Shown: one piece after another, positions 34,803 to 43,360 of the stretch
Position numbering within the stretch: the first letter of the stretch is position 1
Layout of the letters: every line of letters begins with the position of its first letter
Origin: Candidatus Saccharimonadota bacterium
GTDB lineage: Bacteria; Patescibacteriota; Saccharimonadia; Saccharimonadales; JAXHMH01
Length of the DNA: 64,000 nt
Direction of reading: 5' to 3'
NCBI GenBank assembly: GCA_034521515.1
Contig: JAXHMH010000002.1
Coordinates: 24,379-88,378, forward strand
The notes under the pieces: model-generated
What the model was told of the DNA's origin: nothing
What the model saw: the letters and a program-made list of their open reading frames with translations, nothing else
Database searches by the model: none
Program-made: the position numbers and the translations under genes

Positions 34803-36416
34803 ATGGCAAAAATAATGCTCGTTGAAGATGACAATAACCTACGTGAGATATATGAAGCTCGACTTTTAGCTGAGGGGTACGAGATTGTTTCCGCTCAGGA
34901 CGGAGAAGCCGCTCTGGCAATGGCCGTCAAAGAACGCCCGGACCTTATCATATCTGACGTTATGATGCCAAAGATAAGTGGTTTTGATATGTTGGATATT
35001 TTGCGCAGTACACCTGAAACAAAAGATACCAAAGTTATTATGATGACCGCATTGTCCCAAGCAGAGGACAAGGCACGTGCGGAAAAACTAGGTGCTGATA
35101 AGTACCTTGTAAAATCACAGGTGACATTAGAAGACATTGCCAAAGCCGCCCAAGAAGTGCTATCTGGCAATAAGGCCACGCCTGAACAATCAACAACACC
35201 AGATGACAGCTCGGGAACAACACCACCTGAGCCAGCTCAACAACCAGAAGTACAGCAACCTACGCCTGAACCTGCACCGACTCAAGAGTCTTCGGCGCAA
35301 CAACCACAACCGTCACCAACAACAGAAAATACCCCTCCGCCAACAGAGCAACCAGCCGAACCTACATCACCGGATAATACTCAACCCTCGAATACTCAAG
35401 CACAGCAAGCACCTTCAACGGAACCAACGCAACAGGCATCAACACCAACACCCGCCCAATCAACAGAACCTTCGCCTCAGCCACAGGTTACCTCGACAGA
35501 TAGCGAACCAAAAACAGCACCCGATCAAGCATCTCCTCCAGCCAACGATCAGCCAGATCCAAATCAGGCAGCACCTGAAGCATCAGAACAAACCCAAACA
35601 TCATCTGCGACAGATGCGGAATCTGCAGCCAATCCGCCTGCTACACCTTCAGCACCGCCACAACAGTCAGCACCATCCAACAACCAGCCAAATCCTCAGA
35701 AAAGTAACGCTCCTCAACAACCTACGCAACAGGCTCAATCAACAGCAGAAGAAGAGAAGGCAATGGACGAACAAATAAAAAAGTTTGTTGATCAACCAAC
35801 ACAGCAACCAGCTCAACCGAAAGAACCTACTGCCGCTGACCCTCAGCAGCCAGCACAGAAACCACCCGATCAAACTCCTCAGCCACAAACCGCAAAGTCC
35901 ACAACTAACATTGCGGTTAAACAGGCACCATCGACGGATGCAACAAATGATGCAACCAGCCAAGCAGATAAGCTTGCCGACGTAGTCAACGAGACGCTAA
36001 ACAAAGGCGGATCCGATAACACAAAAACTGATAATGATTCTTCCTCAACGACTGGCGAAAAACCAGCTAAAAAGGTTATCAGTCCCTTAAACGATACTGC
36101 CGATACCAAACCTGATCTAAATAGTCTACTAAAAAAAGAGGAAGAAAAAGAAGCGGCAGCAGCGGCAGGCAGCAACGCTATTAATCAACAAGCTGATACC
36201 AAACAATCAGCCCAACCGTCCTCCACTAATAGCCAACAATCGACACAACAACCTCCAGCCAATCCACAAACAGCCCCACCAACAAACAATACGCAGGCTA
36301 CAGCACCCGAACAAAATCAAACCTCACCCGCAACACCGCAAAACCCCTCGCAACCAGCGCAACCCAACCCCAATCAGAATCCAGAAGATCAGCAACATCG
36401 CGATATAGCGCTTTAG
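34803..36416 (+). CDS. response regulator receiver domain fused to about 410 aa of P/Q/T/S-rich low-complexity sequence
   Basis: MAKIMLVEDDNNLREIYE...DLIISDVMMPKISGFD...VIMMTAL...YLVKS, then a PQ-rich tail with no recognisable output domain. Confidence 0.85.
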   Translation: MAKIMLVEDDNNLREIYEARLLAEGYEIVSAQDGEAALAMAVKERPDLIISDVMMPKISGFDMLDILRSTPETKDTKVIMMTALSQAEDKARAEKLGADKYLVKSQVTLEDIAKAAQEVLSGNKATPEQSTTPDDSSGTTPPEPAQQPEVQQPTPEPAPTQESSAQQPQPSPTTENTPPPTEQPAEPTSPDNTQPSNTQAQQAPSTEPTQQASTPTPAQSTEPSPQPQVTSTDSEPKTAPDQASPPANDQPDPNQAAPEASEQTQTSSATDAESAANPPATPSAPPQQSAPSNNQPNPQKSNAPQQPTQQAQSTAEEEKAMDEQIKKFVDQPTQQPAQPKEPTAADPQQPAQKPPDQTPQPQTAKSTTNIAVKQAPSTDATNDATSQADKLADVVNETLNKGGSDNTKTDNDSSSTTGEKPAKKVISPLNDTADTKPDLNSLLKKEEEKEAAAAAGSNAINQQADTKQSAQPSSTNSQQSTQQPPANPQTAPPTNNTQATAPEQNQTSPATPQNPSQPAQPNPNQNPEDQQHRDIAL

Positions 36417-36519
36417 AGTACGGAGTACATAGTACTGAGTACTTAGTGTAGAAACAGGCTGCATATACTTAGTGCTGGGTACTGTGTACTAACTACTCTT
36501 TGCTGTGTACTCTAGTGGT

Positions 36520-37179
36520 GTGAGGATAAATAAATATATTGCTAGTGCTACTGGTATGAGCCGCCGCGCAGCCGACAGAAAAGTTGCAGAAAGGCGGGTG
36601 ATGGTAAACGGTGCACCGCCATCGTCAGGCTACAGCGTGCAAAAAGATGATACCGTAACCCTAGACGGCAAAATTATATCGCCTGGCTCAACCACTACTA
36701 TAATCATGCTCAACAAACCGGTCGGTTATGTCTGCTCACGGGACGGGCAGGGCAACAAAACTATCTACCAACTGCTGCCAGAATCGCTCCACCACCTAAA
36801 GCCTGTTGGCAGGCTAGACAAACACTCATCCGGGCTGCTGCTTATGACCGACGACGGGCAGCTAGCTTACAAGTTAACCCATCCCAAATTCCAAAAGCTG
36901 AAAAAGTATAAAATTGCGCTTAATAAAGATTTAACAGAGAAAGATTTTGATAAAATCACCAAACAGGGCGTCATGTTAGACGATGGTCTTAGTAAATTTG
37001 CTCTTGACCCAATCAATAATCAGAACAAAGAGTGGAAAGTAGAGATGCGCGAAGGTCGCAACCGGCAGATCCGTCGCACATTCGAATCCTTGGGTTATAA
37101 CGTCGTCAAACTCCACCGCACCCATTTTGGCGAATACACACTTGGATCTCTGCAAAGCGGAAAAATACAAACTCTCTAG
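36520..37179 (+). CDS. rRNA pseudouridine synthase (RsuA/RluB family, S4 domain + catalytic domain)
   Basis: (V)RINKYIASATGMSRRAADRKV...VMVNG (S4); catalytic GRLDKHSSGLLLMTDDG; REGRNRQIRR. GTG 36520 preferred over track start 36505. Confidence 0.85.
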   Translation: MRINKYIASATGMSRRAADRKVAERRVMVNGAPPSSGYSVQKDDTVTLDGKIISPGSTTTIIMLNKPVGYVCSRDGQGNKTIYQLLPESLHHLKPVGRLDKHSSGLLLMTDDGQLAYKLTHPKFQKLKKYKIALNKDLTEKDFDKITKQGVMLDDGLSKFALDPINNQNKEWKVEMREGRNRQIRRTFESLGYNVVKLHRTHFGEYTLGSLQSGKIQTL

Positions 37180-37200
37180 CAACAAAACTTAACTTAAATC

Positions 37201-37803
37201 CTAAGTCTTGGCTTCATTGAGTAGTGACATGCCAACGTATACACCTAGCGCAAAGGAAGCCGCTCTGTCTGGCTCCTCCAACAAGGGTCGCGAGAGAGCC
37301 TCCGCAAACAATTCACCCATAATATCGGGTAGTTGGTCGCTCCACATAAATGGGGATTCACCAGATACTATATATGATTTTAAGGAATCAAAATTCGATG
37401 GTCGAGCGTGAAAAATTTCAGTTATAGTATCTTTGTCAAGTTTTTGGTCAGCACCTGGAGAGTGGGTGCTTGAAGAGGCCGCCATAGAATAAAACCACAA
37501 AAAGCCGAGCCTTTCGCAGAACATGCCATTAATTGTGTCCTGTGGATCTGCTGGAGTATCGTGCTTATAAACCCTGGCACCAGCCCTGGACTTATTGTCG
37601 TATACCAATAGAGCCTTCTTCAAGAACGAGTAAAGATCATCCTCAGATACATCTTTCATTTCTTCATCAATTAGTTCGATGAATTTAACAGGATAATCCA
37701 GGGCGAATTCGGTCTGTACGGCCATAGCTTGTCTGATTTCCTCGGTCGAAGCTCGACCTTCTACGTTACCGGGAAATAAATTGCCACCTTCTGGGTTTGT
37801 CAT
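37201..37803 (-). CDS. hypothetical protein
   Basis: 200-aa ORF, no motif recognised. Confidence 0.55.
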   Translation of the reverse strand: MTNPEGGNLFPGNVEGRASTEEIRQAMAVQTEFALDYPVKFIELIDEEMKDVSEDDLYSFLKKALLVYDNKSRAGARVYKHDTPADPQDTINGMFCERLGFLWFYSMAASSSTHSPGADQKLDKDTITEIFHARPSNFDSLKSYIVSGESPFMWSDQLPDIMGELFAEALSRPLLEEPDRAASFALGVYVGMSLLNEAKT

Positions 37804-37867
37804 GACAATATTTTACCATCATTTATATCAGTTTACAATAATCGCTACCTCTGTTATACTGTTGTAA

Positions 37868-39424
37868 ATGAGTAGTAAAAAATTACCGATTGTGGCAATT
37901 GTTGGCCGTGCGAACGTTGGCAAGTCCAGCTTATTTAACGCTATACTTTCGCGCCGTGAAGCAATCGTAGCAAGAGAAGCCGGAACAACCCGCGACGCTG
38001 TTTGGGCAAAAGCCACTGTATTGGGCCAAGCGAAGTCTTCGGCGCATTTGGATGGAGCGCACGGAAGCGACGAGCAGCGGACTGAGCCGTATAAATCATA
38101 CGGTGAGGGAGCAGTGGAGCCGGTGACACAGCGATCCGCCAAAAAGGGTGGTGGAGTTTCTGGCTCCGCCAGAAAGCAGACCACCCTGGTGCGCCAAGAC
38201 TTCTGGTTAGCCGATACTGCTGGGATTAAAGACCCCGAGGATGACTTTGAGTTCACTATCCAAGAACAAATAACTCAAGCCGCCGAGAGTGCCGATGTTA
38301 TCTGGGTTGTCGTAGAAGCGGATGTGGCAATAAACGAAGAAGATCGTAGAGTCGCCAAGATGGCGCTTAAGTCAAAAAAGCCGGTCTTTTTGGTTGTAAA
38401 TAAAATAGACAAAGCCAAAAAGGCCAGTTCCAAAGATTATCAGCGTCTGGGCATAAAGCAGATTTTTCTTACTAGCACCACGCAAAACAGAGGTATTGGA
38501 GACCTTCTTGATGAGCTTATCCAAGAGATCCCAAACATATCTCTGCCCGAGCCAGACGAACGACTCCGGATTGCATTGTTGGGCCGACCAAACGTTGGTA
38601 AATCACGACTGTTTAACACACTGGCTAAGAAACAGCAGGCAATCGTAGCCGATAGAGCCGGTACAACCCGCGACATTAACCGCGCTATCGTGCGTTATCA
38701 GGGCAAAGAGATTGAACTTATGGACACTGCCGGCATACGACGTAACGGCAAGATAGAGAAGGGCATCGAACGCTTTAGCGTAATCCGATCTTTAAGCGCC
38801 ATAGAACAAGCCGACATCTGCTTGTTGCTGCTTGATGCAAACGAACTACACGTTACGCTTGACCAGAAAATAGCTGGCATGGTTAAGGAATCCGGGAAAG
38901 GCCTGATACTAGTCGTTAGTAAATGGGACAGCCTTGATAAAGACGCCTATACTCGCGACAGTGTGGCACCACGTATTGTTCACGATTTTGACTTTACGCC
39001 TTGGGCACCATTAGTTTTCACTAGCGCCGTAACTGGTCAAAATGTCACCAAATTGTTCGATATGGCTCTACATATCGAAAAACAACGCCAGATTATTATC
39101 AAGACAACCGAACTAAACCGCTGGCTCGGTGATATCACCAACAGCCACCCTCCGGCTGGCCTAAAGAACCGGCAACCTAAACTTAATTACATCGTCCAAG
39201 AAGCCGATAACCCGACCAATTTTAAGGTGTTTGGGGCGCACACAAAGTTCCTGCACTGGAGCTATAAGCGATTTATGGATAAAAGTTTGCGCGAAAAGTA
39301 TGGCTTTGAAGGTACGCCGGTGAAATTTTGGTTTTTTGAAAAACACGAAACTCACAAACACGGTGCAAGCCCCACAAAAGAGCGCAACAAAGAAAACCGC
39401 CGCCGCGAACGCAAGAACAGCTAG
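37868..39424 (+). CDS. der: ribosome-associated GTPase Der/EngA carrying a ~57-aa insertion in GTPase domain 1 and a basic tail
   Basis: G1 GRANVGKSSLFN, G2 TTRD, G3 DTAG; second domain GRPNVGKSRLFN...DTAGIRR...SKWD; KH-like C-terminus; tail KERNKENRRRERKNS. Confidence 0.9.
   Translation: MSSKKLPIVAIVGRANVGKSSLFNAILSRREAIVAREAGTTRDAVWAKATVLGQAKSSAHLDGAHGSDEQRTEPYKSYGEGAVEPVTQRSAKKGGGVSGSARKQTTLVRQDFWLADTAGIKDPEDDFEFTIQEQITQAAESADVIWVVVEADVAINEEDRRVAKMALKSKKPVFLVVNKIDKAKKASSKDYQRLGIKQIFLTSTTQNRGIGDLLDELIQEIPNISLPEPDERLRIALLGRPNVGKSRLFNTLAKKQQAIVADRAGTTRDINRAIVRYQGKEIELMDTAGIRRNGKIEKGIERFSVIRSLSAIEQADICLLLLDANELHVTLDQKIAGMVKESGKGLILVVSKWDSLDKDAYTRDSVAPRIVHDFDFTPWAPLVFTSAVTGQNVTKLFDMALHIEKQRQIIIKTTELNRWLGDITNSHPPAGLKNRQPKLNYIVQEADNPTNFKVFGAHTKFLHWSYKRFMDKSLREKYGFEGTPVKFWFFEKHETHKHGASPTKERNKENRRRERKNS
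38032..38203. mobile_element. in-frame palindromic insertion with terminal inverted repeats inside der (MITE/RPE-like)
   Basis: TIRs gaagtcttcggcgc (38032-45) and gcgccaagacttc (38191-203) are 13/14 complementary. Internal hairpins ccgtat/atacgg 38087-103 and agggtggt/accaccct 38145-87. Falls between the G2 and G3 motifs, where Der proteins I recall have only about 20 aa. Confidence 0.5.
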
Positions 39425-39530
39425 TGTTTGATATTTGAAGTTATCATCAGATTCTGCGGGACAAGTAGGCTATTTAAGTTCGCTTTGGATGCTACGCGGG
39501 CAGAATAGCGCCGCGCGAACCAAGCTATAC

Positions 39531-39559
39531 TTGATACTTTCTACTTTCTACTTGATACT
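39531..39559 (+). promoter_or_regulatory. promoter candidate TTGATA-17-GATACT placing the TSS at or near the pth ATG (possible leaderless mRNA)
   Basis: ttgata 39531-36, 17-nt spacer, gatact 39554-59, ATG at 39566; the motif tacttgatact occurs twice here and once at 32855. Confidence 0.3.
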
Positions 39560-39565
39560 TACCTT

Positions 39566-40207
39566 ATGGCATTATTCCAAAAGAACCCATTCAGCACAGA
39601 CAGCACCAAACCCCTCTACACCCTAAGCAACAACAAAACCATCTTAATTGTCGGGCTTGGCAATATGGGCACCAGATACCATAAGACTCGTCATAACCTT
39701 GGTTTCACCTGTGTTGATGCCTTCGCAAAGCAACACGAATTTCCGGATTGGGCAGAAAAAGGCGATCTAAAAGCTTATGTTACAGCTAAAACGCTCGGTG
39801 ATACTAAAGTGCTATTGGCTAAGCCAACAACTATGATGAACCTCAGCGGCGAAGCGGTGCAGGCAATTGCTCATTTTTATAAAGTTGAACCTAGCTCAAT
39901 CGTGGTCGTGCACGATGAAGCAGCAATTCCGTTTGGGCAGATACGTACACGTATGGGCGGTAGCAGCGCTGGCCATAATGGAATAAAGTCAATTACCAAA
40001 CACATTGGAGAAGATTTTGGCCGCGTGCGCATAGGCGTCGAACCTGCCGAACCAACCAGGCTGGACATGTCAGACTATGTGCTGGCTCGTATGTCTGAAG
40101 ATGAAGAATCACAACTGCCGGCACTACTACGCGAGACAAGTACCTTGTTGACGGAATACGTTTTTGCCGGCGAACTAGGCCACGAAACCCGCAGTTTCTT
40201 GGTTTAA
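39566..40207 (+). CDS. pth: peptidyl-tRNA hydrolase
   Basis: ILIVGLGNMGTRYHKTRHNLGF...MNLSGEAV...VVHDE...GGSSAGHNGIKS. Confidence 0.9.
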   Translation: MALFQKNPFSTDSTKPLYTLSNNKTILIVGLGNMGTRYHKTRHNLGFTCVDAFAKQHEFPDWAEKGDLKAYVTAKTLGDTKVLLAKPTTMMNLSGEAVQAIAHFYKVEPSSIVVVHDEAAIPFGQIRTRMGGSSAGHNGIKSITKHIGEDFGRVRIGVEPAEPTRLDMSDYVLARMSEDEESQLPALLRETSTLLTEYVFAGELGHETRSFLV

Positions 40208-40249
40208 CTTATAACCGCTTTACTCACAATCAGATCGTTTTATTCATTC

Positions 40250-40525
40250 CTACGCATCCAGCTCATCCTCCACGCCCAGCTGCCTTAACATACTGCGAGC
40301 GGCCGTAATAATCTCTTCGCTGTCTTCCTTAAAGCTTTTGCCGTAATCATCGCTCGAGAATTGCCGGGATTCAAGCTCCTTTTTGGCCTCTCTGATCTTA
40401 GAGATCAGTCCTTCAACATCATCAATCGGCCAATCTTTTCGGCCACTCATAACATCCGTTTCGCGTTCGGTGTCGCCGTAATAGTACTTATCCCCGCACT
40501 CTTCCAGAATTAAGTTATACCACAC
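40250..40525 (-). CDS. small acidic hypothetical protein
   Basis: 91 aa, helical, D/E-rich. Confidence 0.5.
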   Translation of the reverse strand: MWYNLILEECGDKYYYGDTERETDVMSGRKDWPIDDVEGLISKIREAKKELESRQFSSDDYGKSFKEDSEEIITAARSMLRQLGVEDELDA

Positions 40526-40557
40526 AACCGGCCAAAACTAAGGTACGTCGATAAGTC

Positions 40558-40884
40558 TTATAGGCTTGATTCGAGCTCAAGCGTTTCTTTTATGCTAGTC
40601 ATGCCCAGACCCACAGTAACTTGAATAAGATCTTCCTCGAGCTGACTTATTATCTCCAGCTGGGCACTTTCCGAGCTTTTGAGGTTCAGTGCACCTTCCT
40701 CCCCATCATTCCACGCAAACTGCCTTTGGCTCAAAAGACCCTCAAGCTGAGCCCGCTTTTCAAATGCAGCCGGCAGCAATAAGTCAAACGCTGCGTCTGC
40801 GCCATATTCTGGATCTTTGGGGTCAAGCTCCAGTGCTCTTATGTCATCCTTATCCAGCCTAATAATGTTGTCAACAAATTCCAT
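40558..40884 (-). CDS. small acidic hypothetical protein
   Basis: 108 aa, helical, D/E-rich; same strand as and adjacent to 40250..40525. Confidence 0.5.
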   Translation of the reverse strand: MEFVDNIIRLDKDDIRALELDPKDPEYGADAAFDLLLPAAFEKRAQLEGLLSQRQFAWNDGEEGALNLKSSESAQLEIISQLEEDLIQVTVGLGMTSIKETLELESSL

Positions 40885-40919
40885 ATATAAACCTATAAAT
40901 TATTATACTGTTATCTAAA

Positions 40920-40963
40920 AGAGCCTCAAGAGGGTGAAGATTGCCAGTGGCAATCTGCAAGGC
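40920..40963. repeat. 44-bp perfect direct repeat, copy 1
   Basis: gagcctcaagagggtgaagattgccagtggcaatctgcaaggcc; contains hairpin gattgcc-agt-ggcaatc. Confidence 0.95.
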
Positions 40964-41024
40964 CCATCCTTCCAGCGGAAAGACAGGTGGGGTCGCCAGA
41001 GGTGGTTGGGCACCCTAACTGAAA

Positions 41025-41068
41025 TGAGCCTCAAGAGGGTGAAGATTGCCAGTGGCAATCTGCAAGGC
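41025..41068. repeat. 44-bp perfect direct repeat, copy 2 (105-bp period)
   Basis: Identical to 40920-40963. Confidence 0.95.
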
Positions 41069-41258
41069 CGGAAGCCCGGATGGCATATGCCACCGAGCTG
41101 AGGTGGGGCCGACCGCATTTTCAAAGAAAATGACGGGTGGGGCTGGGCGCCTCAAATAAAAACAGGCTTCCAGAGGGGGTGGGCACCACTGGAAGCCTGA
41201 TTCCACCCTTCAAGCCCACCAGCGAAGCATCTAGCAACAACGTAAGACGTGCCGTGCC

Positions 41259-41317
41259 TCCCTCACCACTTTTTAAAGAAATAATTTTTTGGCCTATTTC
41301 ACTAAAAAGTGGTGAGG
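41259..41317. repeat. 16-bp perfect-stem hairpin sharing the CCCTCACCA/TGGTGAGGG arms of the 530-nt elements
   Basis: ccctcaccacttttta (41259-74) pairs with taaaaagtggtgaggg (41302-17); compare cccctcacca/tggtgagggg at 27718-50 and 42800-32. Confidence 0.8.
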
Positions 41318-41612
41318 GAATCTTTTGGACTCGCTTTGAAGTACAGATTATCACTCATGATAACCTGTGGGGTCTTAAAGGGGTTAGTTTGTTTTAGAAC
41401 GCTTTTTGCCGATAGAGCAAAGTGGAGGGTAACAACTTTGATACAGAATCCGAAGACTCCGCTATGGCGCGCTCTAAAACAATCTAACAACATAGTTCTA
41501 ACTTTTGCTGTTAGAATTGGGGGTATAAGGTACGTAAAATCCTATTTAGGACTTACGAATTGCTATTCTAGCAAGAATGTTGCCTTATGTCAATACTAAA
41601 AAACATTATTTT

Positions 41613-42479
41613 ATGAAAATCAAGAAGCTTACGCTAAAATCTACCGAATTTCCAGAGTGTCTAAAGAACATACCCAGTCCGCCAAAGCAAATTTTTGTCC
41701 GCGGCAACCCATCTGTACTTCTTCAGAATAACCCTGTCTTAACAGTTGTCGGTACGCGTAAGGTAAGCCCTTACGGGCGTGAGGTAACTGATAAGTTCGT
41801 CCGAGAAGTCGCCTCAAAAGGCGTGACCATTGTGAGCGGCCTAGCGCTAGGGGTGGATATTTTGGCTCATAGAGCTGCTTTATCCGTCGGAGGTAGTACT
41901 ATTGCAGTATTACCCTGCAGCCTGGATTCAATATATCCAAGCTCTCACTACCATGATGCTATGAAAATAGTAGAGCAGGGCGGAGCGCTTATAAGTGAGT
42001 ACCCTGAAGGCACCGAGCCCTTTAAGACAAACTTTATTGAACGAAACCGACTGGTTTCTGGACTAGGTGATGGGGTGCTCATTACAGAGGCTGCTGAAAA
42101 GTCCGGAACTCTGCACACTGCCAACTTTGCACTAGAGCAGGGCAAAACTGTCATGGCAATTCCAGGCAATATTACCAGCCCGCTCAGCAAGGGCACCAAC
42201 AACCTCATTAAATCTGGCGCACTACCAATTACCGATAGCTCAGATATACTATTTGCTCTGGGAGTTAAAGAAAACAAAGCCAACGAGCAAGTAGAGTTAT
42301 TCGGTGGCGACCAAGGCGAAACAAATATATTAAACCTCATTGCTTCCGGCATAACTGATGCTTCCGAACTGCAGCGCCAAAGTGATTTAAACCCAGGGGA
42401 GTTCAACCAAACGATAACCATGCTAGAGATAAACGGCCGCATACGTTCCCTAGGCGCCGGCCACTGGACTCTTAGCTAG
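41613..42479 (+). CDS. dprA: DNA processing protein A (Smf)
   Basis: MKIKKLTLKSTEFPECLKNIPSPPKQIFVRGN...TVVGTRKVSPYG...IVSGLALGVDILAHRAAL...GTLHTANFALEQGKTVMAIPG; start moved to ATG 41613. Confidence 0.9.
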   Translation: MKIKKLTLKSTEFPECLKNIPSPPKQIFVRGNPSVLLQNNPVLTVVGTRKVSPYGREVTDKFVREVASKGVTIVSGLALGVDILAHRAALSVGGSTIAVLPCSLDSIYPSSHYHDAMKIVEQGGALISEYPEGTEPFKTNFIERNRLVSGLGDGVLITEAAEKSGTLHTANFALEQGKTVMAIPGNITSPLSKGTNNLIKSGALPITDSSDILFALGVKENKANEQVELFGGDQGETNILNLIASGITDASELQRQSDLNPGEFNQTITMLEINGRIRSLGAGHWTLS

Positions 42480-42628
42480 AGACTTGAGTATAGAGGGTAG
42501 AGTTCAAGAGCTTTGAAAGTAAAACCCTAAGCAATACAGATGTAAATACATATGTATTTTTGAATTTACATCTGTTATTCCCATGACACCTTTTTGTGAA
42601 TCTTCTTTCCTAAAGATACAAATATAAT

Positions 42629-43158
42629 AAGCCAGTACACCATCCTCCCCACTTTTGTCATCAAAAGTGGGCAAAACTGCTGGGCTGCGTTTTTGCCTTG
42701 ATGTATCTGTTGATACAGAACAGGCTCGCTGGTTTGTCTCTTTTGCGGCGCAGCAGGCTTTGCCTGGTGACAGGCAAAAAGGGAATGCTGTCGGAACTCC
42801 CCCTCACCATCTCTTTCGAGAGTGGTGAGGGGTCAAACAGTCCTCGCACCCGAGGGCGCCTCATTCTCACAACATCGCTTCAGGGTAAGCCGGAGCCAGA
42901 CCCCGGAATGGCCCGGGCCATTCCGGATAGATACGTGTTCTTTTAAAACACAGGTAACTAGGGTCACATCTGAAAAACAGAAGCGAAGCAGCGCTGGTTG
43001 GACGAGTCAAGCCAGCAGTCAGTCCCGAACAAACAAATAAAGAATGGTGAGGGACCGCTTGTCGTTCTGCTGGCGCGGCCAACCAGTGCTGCTTCGTGCT
43101 CTTGTTCTTTCAGCCGTGACGAGGTTTTGTACTACTTTTGGCAGGCAAAAGTAGTAGG
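42629..43158 (+). ncRNA. hairpin-dense repeat element, copy B (candidate large structured RNA; family unidentified)
   Basis: Paralog of 27546-28082 in the same orientation, between dprA and topA. Confidence 0.55.
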
Positions 43159-43232
43159 AGCATTTGCATCTCCCGGAAAAGAAGGCGACGGGTTTTATTT
43201 GCATTTTAGATAAAAGCCAAGTAGTCTAGCTT

Positions 43233-43324
43233 GTCGAGTAGTGAGCTTTCGTGTACATCACGGTTCCATAACCGTGATATTTAACTTTGCTCGAGCAAAG
43301 TTGCACGAAAGTCTACTACCCGAC
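43233..43324 (+). promoter_or_regulatory. three-way-junction structure in the topA leader (or 92-bp MITE with 21-bp TIRs)
   Basis: Outer stem gtcgagtagtgagctttcgtg / cacgaaagtctactacccgac (17 WC + 2 GU + 2 mismatches) encloses hairpins atcacggtt/aaccgtgat (43257-78) and the palindrome aactttgctcgagcaaagtt (43283-302); ends 37 nt before the topA ATG. Confidence 0.45.
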
Positions 43325-43360
43325 TTGCTGTTACCAACTAATGAGATACACTTATTGCTA

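Noticed and set aside
35137-35985. Long alternative-frame and antisense ORFs over the response-regulator tail (35137..35778, 35785..35985, 35739..35963, 35879..36175, 34895..35179)
   Set aside because: They are artefacts of the low-complexity CAA/CCA/ACA-rich sequence. Only the frame continuous with the receiver domain has a start, an RBS context and a recognisable domain.
40920-41068. The 44-bp perfect direct repeats as a CRISPR array
   Set aside because: There are only two copies, the spacer is 61 bp, and the repeat is longer than typical CRISPR repeats. No cas genes are in the window, and the surrounding sequence is itself repeat and hairpin rich.
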